The notes under the pieces were generated by a model that saw nothing but the letters and a program-made list of their open reading frames with translations, searched no databases and had not been told where the DNA came from. The translations under genes and the position numbers were made by a program. Shown here piece by piece: positions 48,138 through 58,873 of a stretch of DNA of 64,000 bases (position 1 is its first letter; every line of letters starts with the position of its first letter). The DNA is from Bacteroidota bacterium (GTDB lineage Bacteria > Bacteroidota > Bacteroidia > 2-12-FULL-35-15), in the NCBI GenBank assembly GCA_023251805.1, contig JAHEYB010000008.1, positions 2,633-66,632 on the forward strand, in the 5' to 3' direction.

Positions 48138-51100
48138 ATGAACACATTCGTTACAGAACCATATAAATCAAAAAATAAAATACGCATTGTCACTGCTGCT
48201 TCGTTGTTTGACGGGCATGATGCTGCCATCAATATTATGCGCAGAATTATTCAAAGCAGTGGCGTGGAAGTTATCCATTTGGGTCATGATAGAAGCGTAC
48301 AAGAGATTGTAGACTGCGCCATACAAGAGGATGCCAATGCTATTGCCCTTACCTCCTACCAAGGTGGTCACAACGAATTTTTCAAATACATGTATGACCT
48401 TTTGAAAGAAAAAGGTTGCGGACATATCAAAATATTTGGTGGTGGCGGTGGAACTATTTTACCCACTGAAATTGCTGAATTACAAGCATACGGGATTACT
48501 CGCATTTATGCACCAGATGATGGTCGCGCTATGGGATTGCAAGGAATGATTAACGACATGCTAGAAAAATGTGACTTCCCAACAGGAAATAATTTGAATG
48601 GGGAAGCAAGGCATTTAAAAGCAAAAGATGTTAAATCAATTGCTCGTTTAATTTCTTCAGCAGAAAATTTTCCTGAGGAATTTGCAAGGTTTTTACCAGA
48701 GATTGAAAAGAATGTAAGCACTAAAGTGACTCCTGTATTGGGAATAACTGGAACTGGTGGAGCAGGAAAATCATCATTGGTAGATGAATTGGTACGCAGA
48801 TTTTTAATTGACTTTCCAAAAAAAACAATCGCGATTATTTCGGTGGACCCCAGTAAACGTAAAACGGGTGGCGCATTATTGGGCGATAGAATCCGCATGA
48901 ATGCCATTCGTAATGAACGTGTATACATGCGCTCTTTGGCGACTCGTCAAAGTAATTTAGCGCTTTCTAAATACGTAAAAGAAGCGGTTGACATTGTAAA
49001 AGCTGCCAACTATGATTTGATTATTTTGGAAACTTCTGGTATTGGTCAGAGTGATACGGAAATTACGGAGCACAGTGATATGAGTTTGTACGTAATGACG
49101 CCTGAATACGGAGCGGCAACACAGTTGGAGAAAATAGACATGTTGGATTTTGCGGATATTATTGCGCTCAACAAATTTGATAAACGTGGCGCATTGGATG
49201 CCATTCGTGATGTAAAAAAACAATACAAACGCAATCATCAATTGTGGGATACCGATGATGAATTGCTTCCTGTTTATGGAACCATTGCATCTCAGTTTAA
49301 CGACCCGGGCATGAACAAGCTTTACAAAGCGGTTGTAAATATGCTTGCAGAAAAAACGGGTGCTGATTTAAAATCGGATTTTGCCGTGACGGATGAGATG
49401 AGTGAAAAAATTTATATCATTCCTCCTAGCCGTACGCGTTACTTAGCAGAGATTGCAGAGAACAACCGCGGGTATGACAAATGGGTTGACGAACAAAAAG
49501 AAATCGCACAAAAATTATATTCTATTCAAAAATCGATTGAAGCATTAAAAGAATCAAAAGTTGAAGACAAGGATAGAATCATTAAAGGCTTAGAAGAAAC
49601 ATCTGCTCAAATCAGTTTAACATTTGACGGTCGTAATAAAAAAATATTAGAAGGTTGGAAAGACAAAGTGCAACAATACAAAAATGAGTTCTTCATTTTT
49701 AAAGTGCGCGACAAAGAAATTAAAATTCAAACACATTACGAATCACTTTCACATTCTCAGATTCCTAAAATCTCAACTCCTACTTACGAAGCATGGGGCG
49801 ATATTTTAAAATGGAATTTGCAAGAAAATGTTCCGGGAGAATTTCCTTATACTGCCGGAGTGTTTCCATTCAAACGCGAAGGAGAAGATCCAACACGTAT
49901 GTTTGCAGGTGAAGGCGGACCAGAAAGAACCAACAGACGTTTCCATTATGTGAGTTTGGGAATGCCTGCACATCGCTTGAGTACAGCCTTTGATAGCGTA
50001 ACGTTATACGGACAAGATCCAGCCATTCGTCCGGATATTTATGGAAAAATTGGTAACTCAGGAGTTTCTATTTGTTGTTTGGACGATGCAAAAAAATTAT
50101 ACAGCGGTTTTAATTTAGCGGACCCAAAAACATCGGTAAGTATGACCATCAATGGTCCGGCTGCTATGTTGACTGGCTTTTTCATGAATGCAGCCATTGA
50201 TCAACAGTGTGAAATCTATATCAAGAAGAATGGATTGGAAAAGGATGTAGAATCTAAAATTCAAAAAATTTACAAATCTAAAAATGTAGAACGTCCGAAA
50301 TACCAAGGTCCGCTACCTGAAGGAAACGATGGCTTAGGATTAATGTTATTGGGCGTTACAGGCGACCAAGTATTACCAAAAGATGTTTACGAAAAAATAA
50401 AAATAGAATCCATTGCAGCTGTTCGTGGAACAGTGCAAGCAGATATTTTAAAAGAAGATCAAGCACAAAACACTTGTATTTTCTCAACAGAATTTGCTTT
50501 GCGTTTGATGGGTGATATGCAGGATTATTTTATTCAGAAAAACATTCGCAACTTTTATTCAGTTTCTATTTCCGGATATCACATTTCCGAAGCAGGTGCA
50601 AATCCTATCACTCAGCTTGCTTTGACATTGTCGAACGGTTTCACTTACGTAGAATATTATGTGAGCAGAGGAATGGACATCAATAAATTTGCTCCGAATT
50701 TATCATTCTTCTTCAGCAATGGTATCGATCCTGAATATTCGGTGATTGGTCGTGTTGCCCGCAGAATATGGGCAAAAGCAATGAAGATGAAATACAATGC
50801 GAATGAGCGTTCACAAATGTTGAAGTATCACATTCAAACATCCGGTCGTTCGTTGCACGCACAAGAAATTGATTTTAATGATATCCGCACAACGCTTCAA
50901 GCCTTGTATGCGATTTATGATAATTGTAATTCGTTACACACCAATGCTTACGATGAAGCTATTACAACACCAACTGAAGAATCGGTTCGTAGAGCAATGG
51001 CGATTCAGTTAATTATTAATCGTGAGTTAGGTTTAGCGAAAAATGAAAATCCATTACAAGGTTCATTCATCATTGAAGAATTAACCAACTTGGTAGAAGA

Positions 51101-51524
51101 AGCAGTATTGACAGAATTTGAACGCATCAGCGAACGCGGTGGTGTGTTAGGTGCAATGGAAACAATGTATCAGCGCGGAAAAATTCAGGAAGAAAGTTTA
51201 TACTACGAAACATTAAAACATACAGGTGAATATCCAATCATTGGAGTAAATACCTTCTTATCATCCAAAGGTTCACCTACTATTGTTCCGAAAGAAGTAA
51301 TTCGTGCAACAGAAGAAGAAAAAGAATATCAAATTTCGATGTTGGCTGAATTGCAAAAAGGAAACAAAGATAAATCACAGCAACTATTACGTGATTTACA
51401 AACCACAGCGATTCAAAACAAAAACATTTTTGAAAGTTTGATGGAGGTTTCTAAATATTGTTCACTCGGACAAATTACGAATGCGCTTTTTGAGGTTGGT
51501 GGGCAGTATCGTAGGAACATGTAA
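48138..51524 (+). CDS. icmF: fused isobutyryl-CoA mutase (B12-binding domain + MeaB-like G-protein + mutase catalytic domain)
   Basis: 1128 aa. N-terminal [14 protein letters not shown]12-binding region, P-loop GTGGAGKSS with NKFD, and a C-terminal methylmalonyl-CoA-mutase-like barrel. Confidence 0.9.
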   Translation: MNTFVTEPYKSKNKIRIVTAASLFDGHDAAINIMRRIIQSSGVEVIHLGHDRSVQEIVDCAIQEDANAIALTSYQGGHNEFFKYMYDLLKEKGCGHIKIFGGGGGTILPTEIAELQAYGITRIYAPDDGRAMGLQGMINDMLEKCDFPTGNNLNGEARHLKAKDVKSIARLISSAENFPEEFARFLPEIEKNVSTKVTPVLGITGTGGAGKSSLVDELVRRFLIDFPKKTIAIISVDPSKRKTGGALLGDRIRMNAIRNERVYMRSLATRQSNLALSKYVKEAVDIVKAANYDLIILETSGIGQSDTEITEHSDMSLYVMTPEYGAATQLEKIDMLDFADIIALNKFDKRGALDAIRDVKKQYKRNHQLWDTDDELLPVYGTIASQFNDPGMNKLYKAVVNMLAEKTGADLKSDFAVTDEMSEKIYIIPPSRTRYLAEIAENNRGYDKWVDEQKEIAQKLYSIQKSIEALKESKVEDKDRIIKGLEETSAQISLTFDGRNKKILEGWKDKVQQYKNEFFIFKVRDKEIKIQTHYESLSHSQIPKISTPTYEAWGDILKWNLQENVPGEFPYTAGVFPFKREGEDPTRMFAGEGGPERTNRRFHYVSLGMPAHRLSTAFDSVTLYGQDPAIRPDIYGKIGNSGVSICCLDDAKKLYSGFNLADPKTSVSMTINGPAAMLTGFFMNAAIDQQCEIYIKKNGLEKDVESKIQKIYKSKNVERPKYQGPLPEGNDGLGLMLLGVTGDQVLPKDVYEKIKIESIAAVRGTVQADILKEDQAQNTCIFSTEFALRLMGDMQDYFIQKNIRNFYSVSISGYHISEAGANPITQLALTLSNGFTYVEYYVSRGMDINKFAPNLSFFFSNGIDPEYSVIGRVARRIWAKAMKMKYNANERSQMLKYHIQTSGRSLHAQEIDFNDIRTTLQALYAIYDNCNSLHTNAYDEAITTPTEESVRRAMAIQLIINRELGLAKNENPLQGSFIIEELTNLVEEAVLTEFERISERGGVLGAMETMYQRGKIQEESLYYETLKHTGEYPIIGVNTFLSSKGSPTIVPKEVIRATEEEKEYQISMLAELQKGNKDKSQQLLRDLQTTAIQNKNIFESLMEVSKYCSLGQITNALFEVGGQYRRNM

Positions 51525-51539
51525 AAGGGAAAATGTGAA

Positions 51540-52061
51540 ATGGAAGATGGAAAAATCAAAAACATAGTTCTTGTATTCTTTCTTTTCTTTTTATCATTAA
51601 ATTTTTTTGCCCAAAAGAAAGATAGCACTTCTCAAGCAATTGACGAATCAATAGAAGCAGCAATGCTAACACGCTATATTGTAATCGCTGGAGCTTCATC
51701 CGATTTTAATTCATTAGATTTATCTGCAAAAGAAATCAGCAAAAAAAGTGAAATTCCCTATGATAATAATGAAATGATTTATGATAAAGAATTGGGTATG
51801 ATTGTTCCGAAAGATACAGCCAAATATGATATGGATGCTGGGCAATCGATACCCAGAAGATATGAGGAGAATTTAATCAGCATAGAAATGATGTATCATT
51901 ATACTAGCAACCATGCCTTTGGCGACATGAAAAAAATGATAATTATTACGGGAATTTTCGGAAATAAGCAGGATGCTGAAAAGCAATTAAAACTTATTCA
52001 GAAAGCTGTTCCTTCAACATACATTAAAAAGACTAGACTATATATGGGCTGTATGCATTGA
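51540..52061 (+). CDS. hypothetical secreted protein
   Basis: 173 aa. Signal-like IVLVFFLFFLSLNFFAQ. No recognised motif. Confidence 0.5.
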   Translation: MEDGKIKNIVLVFFLFFLSLNFFAQKKDSTSQAIDESIEAAMLTRYIVIAGASSDFNSLDLSAKEISKKSEIPYDNNEMIYDKELGMIVPKDTAKYDMDAGQSIPRRYEENLISIEMMYHYTSNHAFGDMKKMIIITGIFGNKQDAEKQLKLIQKAVPSTYIKKTRLYMGCMH

Positions 52062-52179
52062 ATTAGAAGTCAATAATGATAAGCTTTACAGGCTACAAAA
52101 CAAGTTATGATAAAAAATATTGACTTTTTCAACTAACTTTCATACCTTTATACTTATCAAACAAACTAAACCTAAACTC

Positions 52180-52533
52180 ATGAAAAAAATCATACTACTT
52201 TTTGCTGCAGTGCTTTCATTCGCAGTAGCAAATGCTCAAGAAAGCAAATCTCAAAAAGCAGATGCTGCAACTAGAGCTACAACTATGACCGATAAAATGA
52301 CTGCTGTCTTAACACTTACAGCTGATCAAAAAGCGAAAATCCAGACAATCAATTTAGAAACAATTAAATTGATGGATTTGAATCAAGAGAAAACCGGTGA
52401 CAAACCGAATGAGTTTGCAGCTGAAAAACAAAGAATCAGCACAAAATGGGATAATGAAATGAATGCTGTTATTGGAGCAGAACAAGTTCAAAAATGGAAA
52501 AAACACCAGGCTGACGAAAAAGCTAAGAAATAA
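52180..52533 (+). CDS. small secreted helical protein, possibly LTXXQ/Spy-like
   Basis: Start moved to MKKIILLFAAVLSFAVANAQ. Contains LTADQKAKI (an LTxxQ-like motif). K/E-rich. Confidence 0.45.
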   Translation: MKKIILLFAAVLSFAVANAQESKSQKADAATRATTMTDKMTAVLTLTADQKAKIQTINLETIKLMDLNQEKTGDKPNEFAAEKQRISTKWDNEMNAVIGAEQVQKWKKHQADEKAKK

Positions 52534-52552
52534 ATAAATGACATTTTTTAGA

Positions 52553-52587
52553 ATCCCTCTCCGAAATTATCTGAGAGGGATTTTTTA
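52553..52587 (+). terminator. Rho-independent terminator
   Basis: atccctctc ... gagagggat stem followed by TTTTTT. Confidence 0.75.
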
Positions 52588-52610
52588 TGCTCTAGCTATC
52601 AAAAAATGCA

Positions 52611-52690
52611 AAAATTGGTCGCCCCGCTGGGGCTATAAATGGAACGCCCCGATGGAGCTAAAATTGGTCGCTCCTCTGGAGCTGAGGAGG
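52611..52690. repeat. three tandem ~24-bp units, each carrying a GC mini-hairpin
   Basis: aaaattggtcgccccgctggggct / ataaatggaacgccccgatggagct / aaaattggtcgctcctctggagct. Track ORF 52538..52735 is an artefact of this repeat. Confidence 0.8.
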
Positions 52691-52768
52691 GATTTATTAT
52701 TGCCTCGAAACCATTTTATTAATTGCCAATTTTAATAGAGCTGATTATAATACAAATCTCATACCTAC

Positions 52769-53269
52769 ATGATTAAAACAATAGAAACACCACGCCTCTA
52801 TCTCAGAGAATTCACCATTGAGGATGCACAACTATTGATTGATTTAAACAGCAACCCAAATGTAATTAGATATACTGGAGATGGTCCAGTGAAAGATTTG
52901 GATGAAGCCAAACGCATTTTGAATGACATCATCTTTCCTCAATACAAAAATAAGATGGGTCGCTGGGCAGTACATTTAAAATCCAACGATGAATTTATTG
53001 GTTGGTGCGGATTAAAATTTATTGCTGATGATAACGAAATAGATTTGGGTTATCGTTTTTTTGAAAACCATTGGGGAAAAGGCTATGCAAGTGAATCAGC
53101 GAAAGCAGTATTGGATTACGGAGTAAATACTTTGAAATTAAAAAATATTATTGCTCGTGCGGCAAAAGATAATCCCGCATCCATTGCTGTCATCCAAAAA
53201 CTGGGTTTTGTATACCTCAAAGATGAATATTGCGGTCATGATCCCGCGGAGGTATATCATTATACCTAA
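52769..53269 (+). CDS. GNAT family N-acetyltransferase (RimJ/RimL-like)
   Basis: 166 aa. R.Y.REF...D pattern at the N-terminus and WGKGYASE acetyl-CoA motif. Confidence 0.85.
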   Translation: MIKTIETPRLYLREFTIEDAQLLIDLNSNPNVIRYTGDGPVKDLDEAKRILNDIIFPQYKNKMGRWAVHLKSNDEFIGWCGLKFIADDNEIDLGYRFFENHWGKGYASESAKAVLDYGVNTLKLKNIIARAAKDNPASIAVIQKLGFVYLKDEYCGHDPAEVYHYT

Positions 53270-53363
53270 ATCATTGGAAGTGTCAAATCAGAATTTTTAC
53301 TCATTTATTTATTAAAAGGATAAAAGTTATTGTAATAAGATGGCTTTTTCATATTTTTATAAC

Positions 53364-56300
53364 ATGTATAAGGTAAAAACGTTACTCCTATGCCTAGTCT
53401 TTGGCCTTTTATGGCATTCTTCTCAAGCACAGCATTATAATTTCCGTACCTATTCAGTTGATGATGGACTTGCTCAATCTCAAGTACTATCAATGATTCA
53501 AGATAGTCGAGGCTATTTATGGTTAGGGACATACGGTGGTGGAATAAGTAAATTTGATGGAATATCATTTCAAAATTTTTCAAAAAAAGATGGATTATCT
53601 GACAATATTGTATCAGCTGTATACGAAGATAAAGATGGAAATATTTGGATGGGAATGGGTAATAACGATGGTGGTGCTTGTGTCTATAATGGAAAAACTT
53701 TCAAAACTCTAACTACAAGGGACGGATTAAGTAACAATAAAGTTTTTTGCATCGTTCAAGACAATAAAGGAAATATGTGGTTTGGAACAGACGATGGATT
53801 GAATAGATTTGATGGAAAAAAAATCGAAACCTTTAATACAATCAAAAGCAAAATCCTGCACAATAGGATTCGCAGCGCCTATAAAGATAGAGATGGAAAT
53901 CTATGGTTTGCCACTGATGCAGGAGTGATAAAATATAATGGAGAAAAATTTGTGAATATTCCCATTACTTCAAAGGGAAATCTCTCAATTATTTGGTCGA
54001 TTAAACAGGATCATTTGGGTAACATGTGGTTTGCTTTGTTTCAGGGAGGTGTTGCTAAATTTGATGGCGATCAAATTACTTTATACACTGAAAAAGATGG
54101 ACTTGTTAGTGATGTAATATATTCCATTTGCGAAGATATTAACGGCAACATGTGGTTTGGTTCCGATTCAAAAGGAGTCTCAAAATTTGACGGAAAAAAT
54201 TTTACAACCTTTTCCACTTCGCAAGGACTAGTCAATAATAGGATAAGAGAAATAATTAGGGATAAGGAAGACAATCTTTGGTTTGCTACTGATGGTGGCA
54301 TTTGTAGATATAATGGGACCAAATTTTCAAGTTATTCAAAAGCTGAAGGATTGCCTAATGAAATTGTGAATGCAACTTTTATAGACTCTAAAAACAATAC
54401 TTGGTTTGGAACAGAGGAAGGATTATGTGTTTTATCGGCAGATAAAAACTTGAAAATTTATACCACCACCGATGGTCTTCCTCACAACAGAATTTGGAAC
54501 ATTACTGAAGATAGTCAAAAAAATATATGGATTGGAACGTATGGCGGACTAAGCATTTTTGATGGAAAAACATTTACCAGCTACACAAACAAGGATGGAT
54601 TGCACAACGATATTATTTATGTTGTATTTATTGATAGTAATAATAATATGTGGGTTGGGACAGATGCGGGTGTCTATTTTTATAATGGCACAAATATTTG
54701 GACTAAGAACAAAAAGATTGCAAAAGACTTCAAATTTTATTTCAAAGAGTTGGGCCCAACAGGGTTTCGAATAAGATCAATTCATGAAGACAGCCGCCAT
54801 AATTTGTGGTTTGGAACCAGAGAGGGTGGAGTATTAAAATATGATGGGAAGAAGTTTACAAATTATTCTGTTAAGGAAGGATTGGGAAACAATACTGTAC
54901 TATCGATCATTGAAGACGAAAATCATAGTATGTGGTTCGCTACTTACGGAGGAGGAATATCCAAGTTGGTAGAAAGAGAAAAACGCATTTCATTTACTTC
55001 CTTAAATTCAACAAAAGGGTTGTCAGATGATGATGCCTCCTCCCTTTTAATTGATGATTCAGGAAATATGTGGGTCGGCACTATTAAAGGGTTAAGCAAA
55101 TTCGATTTAAAAACCTACAATAAAACTGGGGAAATTATTTTTAGGAATTTTGGAAGAGAAGAAGGATTTACAGGTGTTGAGTGTAGTCAAAATGCCGGAT
55201 TCAAAGACAATTTAGGCAATCTTTGGGAGGGGACGGTAAAAGGCGTATTTAAAATAGACCCGTCTCTTGATGTGATTGATAGTGTTCCCCCTATCACGCT
55301 TATCACAAAACTAAATCTCTTTTTTAAAGATATTAATTGGGAAGAATTTAATGTACCGAAAAATCGCTATTCGTTTTTACTTCCTGATAACATTATTTTT
55401 CCTTACGATCAGAATCACATCACTTTTTATTTTAAAGGGTTAAATTTTTCTTCACCTGAAAAAGTTCTTTACCAATTTAAATTGGAAGGATTGGATAAAG
55501 ATTGGTCGCCTTCAAGCAAAGAAACTTATGCCACCTATTCACAAATTCCTTCAGGAAAATATACTTTTATGGTTAAATCATGCAATGGCGATGGAATATG
55601 GAATATCGAACCTACCACTTATCAATTTTCTATAGAAACACCCTTTTGGAAAAAAGGATGGTTTTTTGCAATAATTTTTATATTGTTAATCAGTTTACTT
55701 TATTCTTATGTTAGGTGGCGTGAACGCTCCCTTCAACTTGAAAAAAAAATCTTGGAAGAAAAAATCGAATTCCGAACTTTTGAGCTAAGGAAAGAAAAAG
55801 AAAAAGTTGACTCCGCTCATAAAGATATAAAAGACAGTATTAATTATGCTCAAAGAATCCAACAATCAATTCTTCCTAAAGATGAATTTATATATCAATT
55901 ATTTAATGAATCTTTTGTTTTCTATAAGCCAAAAGATACTGTGAGCGGAGATTTTTATTGGGCTAGCATTAAAAATGGAAAAAAAATAATTGCAGCAGTG
56001 GATTGTACCGGCCATGGCGTTCCTGGAGCATTCATGAGTATGCTGGGAAACTCACTTTTAAATGAAATTATCAATGAAAGAGGAATTGTCAATCCTTCAG
56101 AAATACTTGATCAACTTAGAAAAGGTGTATTAAAAAACTTTCAACACAGCGAAACTGAAAACGAAACCAAAGATGGAATGGATATATCCCTTTGCGTATT
56201 TGACGATATGAAAGTAGAATTTTCAGGGGCAAATAATTCGTTATATGTAATTCGACAAACGGATGAAGGCAAGAATGAAATAATTGAAATAAAAGGAGAC

Positions 56301-56585
56301 AGACAACCTATTGGTGCTTTTGCTGGATTGGAAGATGAGTTTACTAGCAAAGTATTCTCATTAGAAAAGGGAGATCATTTATATTTTTTTACCGATGGTT
56401 ACACAGATCAATTTGGCGGACCTAATAATAAAAAATACAAGATTGTGCGTTTGCAAGAATTGCTTTTATCAATTCAATGTCTTCCAGTAGCAGACCAAAA
56501 GAAAAGAATAATCCATTCATTAAGTGATTGGCAAGGAAACAATGCACAGGTGGACGATATTTTGGTAATTTGCATCAAAATATAG
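53364..56585 (+). CDS. sensor protein: 14 Reg_prop beta-propeller repeats + Y_Y_Y-like domain + TM helix + SpoIIE/PP2C phosphatase
   Basis: Start moved to MYKVKTLLLCLVF (signal). 14 N.W[FVI][GA]T..G[LV]..[FY][DN]G units. TM helix GWFFAIIFILLISLLYSYV. C-terminal DCTGHGVPGA ... FTDGYTDQFGG ... VDDILVI. Confidence 0.85.
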   Translation: MYKVKTLLLCLVFGLLWHSSQAQHYNFRTYSVDDGLAQSQVLSMIQDSRGYLWLGTYGGGISKFDGISFQNFSKKDGLSDNIVSAVYEDKDGNIWMGMGNNDGGACVYNGKTFKTLTTRDGLSNNKVFCIVQDNKGNMWFGTDDGLNRFDGKKIETFNTIKSKILHNRIRSAYKDRDGNLWFATDAGVIKYNGEKFVNIPITSKGNLSIIWSIKQDHLGNMWFALFQGGVAKFDGDQITLYTEKDGLVSDVIYSICEDINGNMWFGSDSKGVSKFDGKNFTTFSTSQGLVNNRIREIIRDKEDNLWFATDGGICRYNGTKFSSYSKAEGLPNEIVNATFIDSKNNTWFGTEEGLCVLSADKNLKIYTTTDGLPHNRIWNITEDSQKNIWIGTYGGLSIFDGKTFTSYTNKDGLHNDIIYVVFIDSNNNMWVGTDAGVYFYNGTNIWTKNKKIAKDFKFYFKELGPTGFRIRSIHEDSRHNLWFGTREGGVLKYDGKKFTNYSVKEGLGNNTVLSIIEDENHSMWFATYGGGISKLVEREKRISFTSLNSTKGLSDDDASSLLIDDSGNMWVGTIKGLSKFDLKTYNKTGEIIFRNFGREEGFTGVECSQNAGFKDNLGNLWEGTVKGVFKIDPSLDVIDSVPPITLITKLNLFFKDINWEEFNVPKNRYSFLLPDNIIFPYDQNHITFYFKGLNFSSPEKVLYQFKLEGLDKDWSPSSKETYATYSQIPSGKYTFMVKSCNGDGIWNIEPTTYQFSIETPFWKKGWFFAIIFILLISLLYSYVRWRERSLQLEKKILEEKIEFRTFELRKEKEKVDSAHKDIKDSINYAQRIQQSILPKDEFIYQLFNESFVFYKPKDTVSGDFYWASIKNGKKIIAAVDCTGHGVPGAFMSMLGNSLLNEIINERGIVNPSEILDQLRKGVLKNFQHSETENETKDGMDISLCVFDDMKVEFSGANNSLYVIRQTDEGKNEIIEIKGDRQPIGAFAGLEDEFTSKVFSLEKGDHLYFFTDGYTDQFGGPNNKKYKIVRLQELLLSIQCLPVADQKKRIIHSLSDWQGNNAQVDDILVICIKI

Positions 56586-56602
56586 CACAATACAACTAAA
56601 CT

Positions 56603-57679
56603 TCAAAAAAGCTCCATCTGCTTTACTTCACCCGGTCTACAAAATAAATTTAAATCGTACTCCATCCGTTTGCGGCCCGACAAATGTTTTTTCACAGCCA
56701 TCTTAAACATCTGACGAATAGAATTTACCATATTCCCTTCTCCACTCATTCGTTTTCCATAGCGACTGTCATTCAATTGCCCGCCATGTGCATCGGCAAT
56801 GTGATGCAATACTTTTTCGGCTCTATCAGGAAAATTTTTGTAGAGCCAATCTTTAAATATTTCAGCAATGGAACCATTCAATCGCACAATGGTATAACCT
56901 GCACAATCGGCTCCGTGATCTGCTGCAGCTTTTATCAAATCTGGAATTTCATCGCTGTTCAAGCCGGGAATAATTGGCGCGGTCATCACTCCCGCTGGAA
57001 TTCCTGCTTGCGTTAATTTCTCAATGACTTTCAATCTATTTTTTGCAGTGACAGTTCTTGGCTCCATTTTCATCCTCAACTCTTCTTTCAAACTTGTGAT
57101 TGAAACCATGACATGAACCAAATTCAATTTTGCTAATTCTTGAAGAATATCTATGTCGCGCAAAATCAAATTATTTTTTGTAATCATTCCAGCGGGATGA
57201 CGAAATTTCAGCAGCACTTCCAACATCTGTCTTGTAATTTTCATCTTACGTTCAAGAGGCTGATAACAATCGGTATTGCCTGAAAACATAATCGGAGAAA
57301 CCACCCAATTTTTATTCATGAATTGTTTTTCCATGAGTTGAGGCGCATTCGGCTTCGCAATAATCTTTCGTTCAAAATCTAATCCGGCACTGTAACCCCA
57401 ATATTCGTGTGTATTTCTGGCATAACAATAAATACACCCGTGTTCACAGCCTTGATAGGGATTCATCGAATACATTCCGGGGATATCCGGACTCTTCACC
57501 ACATTGATAATCTTCTTTGGATTTTCTATAAAAATCTGTGTTTTCTCATGACTCAAAAGTGGTTCGTCCAAGCCTTCAATGTGTTCTGTCACATACGTTC
57601 CTTTTAGAAAACGATTATCGGTATTGACTTGTGAGCCTCTACCTTTAAAGTAATTTGATCCGTTTTCATCATTTTCCAT
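56603..57679 (-). CDS. PA0069 family radical SAM protein (COG1533 SplB-like)
   Basis: CEHGCIYC is a CxxxCxxC cluster motif. N-terminal YFKGRGSQVNTDNRF is typical of this family. Confidence 0.85.
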   Translation of the reverse strand: MENDENGSNYFKGRGSQVNTDNRFLKGTYVTEHIEGLDEPLLSHEKTQIFIENPKKIINVVKSPDIPGMYSMNPYQGCEHGCIYCYARNTHEYWGYSAGLDFERKIIAKPNAPQLMEKQFMNKNWVVSPIMFSGNTDCYQPLERKMKITRQMLEVLLKFRHPAGMITKNNLILRDIDILQELAKLNLVHVMVSITSLKEELRMKMEPRTVTAKNRLKVIEKLTQAGIPAGVMTAPIIPGLNSDEIPDLIKAAADHGADCAGYTIVRLNGSIAEIFKDWLYKNFPDRAEKVLHHIADAHGGQLNDSRYGKRMSGEGNMVNSIRQMFKMAVKKHLSGRKRMEYDLNLFCRPGEVKQMELF

Positions 57680-57812
57680 TTTACAAAATTATGACCAAAA
57701 AAATGAAAACACTGCCAAGAACCTTAGCATTTTCCCCGAAGGGGCTCCTTCGGAGAAAACTTTTTGATTTGGAAAAAAAAATAGATTACCTTTAATATAT
57801 AAATTATATAGT

Positions 57813-58871
57813 ATGACCTCTCGACTCAAAACAAACTCTTTATTTATAATATTGGGGCTATTTTCTTCTATAGTAGATGCTCAGGATACATTTATGGATT
57901 CTATCATTAAAACGCAAGGCAAACTTCCGCACCATATTTGGGAAGGCTCAGGCGATGATAATTTTGTTTGTTACAAACAAGCTCATCGCAATACTTTCTT
58001 TATAATTACAGGATTAATTATTGTTGTAGCGATAGTTGCAATCAAATTACTTTTGCTGAATAGAAAAACAAACAAAGTACTTAAATTACAAAATGAAATT
58101 ATAGAAGAAAAAAACAAAAGCATTACGGATAGTATAAATTATGCAAAACGTTTACAAACAGCCATACTTCCTCCAAAAGATTTAGTAAATAGTGTTTTGC
58201 CCGAACATTTTATTACCTACCAGCCAAAAGACATTGTGAGTGGTGATTTTTATTGGGTATCACATCACGGAAATAAAATAATGGCTGCGGCTATTGATTG
58301 CACAGGACATGGCGTTCCGGGAGCCTTACTGAGTATTGTTGGACACAATGCTATTAATCAAACGGTGAACGAAATGGGAATACTACAACCTTCGAAAGTG
58401 TTGGACAGCATGAATACCATCATCAAAAAAATATTGCATCAAGATAAAGGAAGTGATATTAGAGATGGGATGGATATGGCGCTTTGCACCTTTGATAAAA
58501 ATTCGAATGTACTGGAATATTCCGGAGCGAACAATCCGCTTTACGTGGTTTCAGATGGAAAACTAAGCATCACCAAAGCCTCTAAGCTAACTGTAGGCAG
58601 CATGGAGGAAGAAAAAGTAGAACCACCTATCAATCATTCGATACAATTAAAAAAAGGAGATTGTTTTTATATTTTCTCTGATGGCTTTGCAGATCAGTTT
58701 GGTGGAAAAGACAACAAAAAATTTAAGACGAGTCGCTTTCAAGACTTGTTGGTCTCTGTAAATTCTTTATCTATGGCAGAGCAACAAAAGAAAATTCAAA
58801 AAACATTTAAGGATTGGATTGGAAATAATGAGCAGGTGGATGACATATTGGTTATTGGAATACGAGCATAG
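57813..58871 (+). CDS. membrane-anchored SpoIIE/PP2C family protein phosphatase (paralogue of the C-terminus of 53364..56585)
   Basis: Two hydrophobic segments, then DSINYAKRLQTAILP, SGDFYW, DCTGHGVPGA, FSDGFADQFGG and VDDILVIGI. Confidence 0.85.
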   Translation: MTSRLKTNSLFIILGLFSSIVDAQDTFMDSIIKTQGKLPHHIWEGSGDDNFVCYKQAHRNTFFIITGLIIVVAIVAIKLLLLNRKTNKVLKLQNEIIEEKNKSITDSINYAKRLQTAILPPKDLVNSVLPEHFITYQPKDIVSGDFYWVSHHGNKIMAAAIDCTGHGVPGALLSIVGHNAINQTVNEMGILQPSKVLDSMNTIIKKILHQDKGSDIRDGMDMALCTFDKNSNVLEYSGANNPLYVVSDGKLSITKASKLTVGSMEEEKVEPPINHSIQLKKGDCFYIFSDGFADQFGGKDNKKFKTSRFQDLLVSVNSLSMAEQQKKIQKTFKDWIGNNEQVDDILVIGIRA

Positions 58872-58873
58872 TG

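Noticed and set aside
48506-48928. 140-aa antisense ORF within icmF (plus 48168..48425, 48957..49241 and 49046..49234)
   Set aside because: The sense frame carries unambiguous IcmF motifs (P-loop, NKFD). The antisense products have no features.
52611-52690. Possible CRISPR array
   Set aside because: The units are directly adjacent with no unique spacers, there are only three copies, and no cas genes occur in the window.
52538-52735. 65-aa plus-strand ORF
   Set aside because: It is translated straight through a terminator hairpin and the three tandem mini-hairpin units, so it is a repeat artefact.
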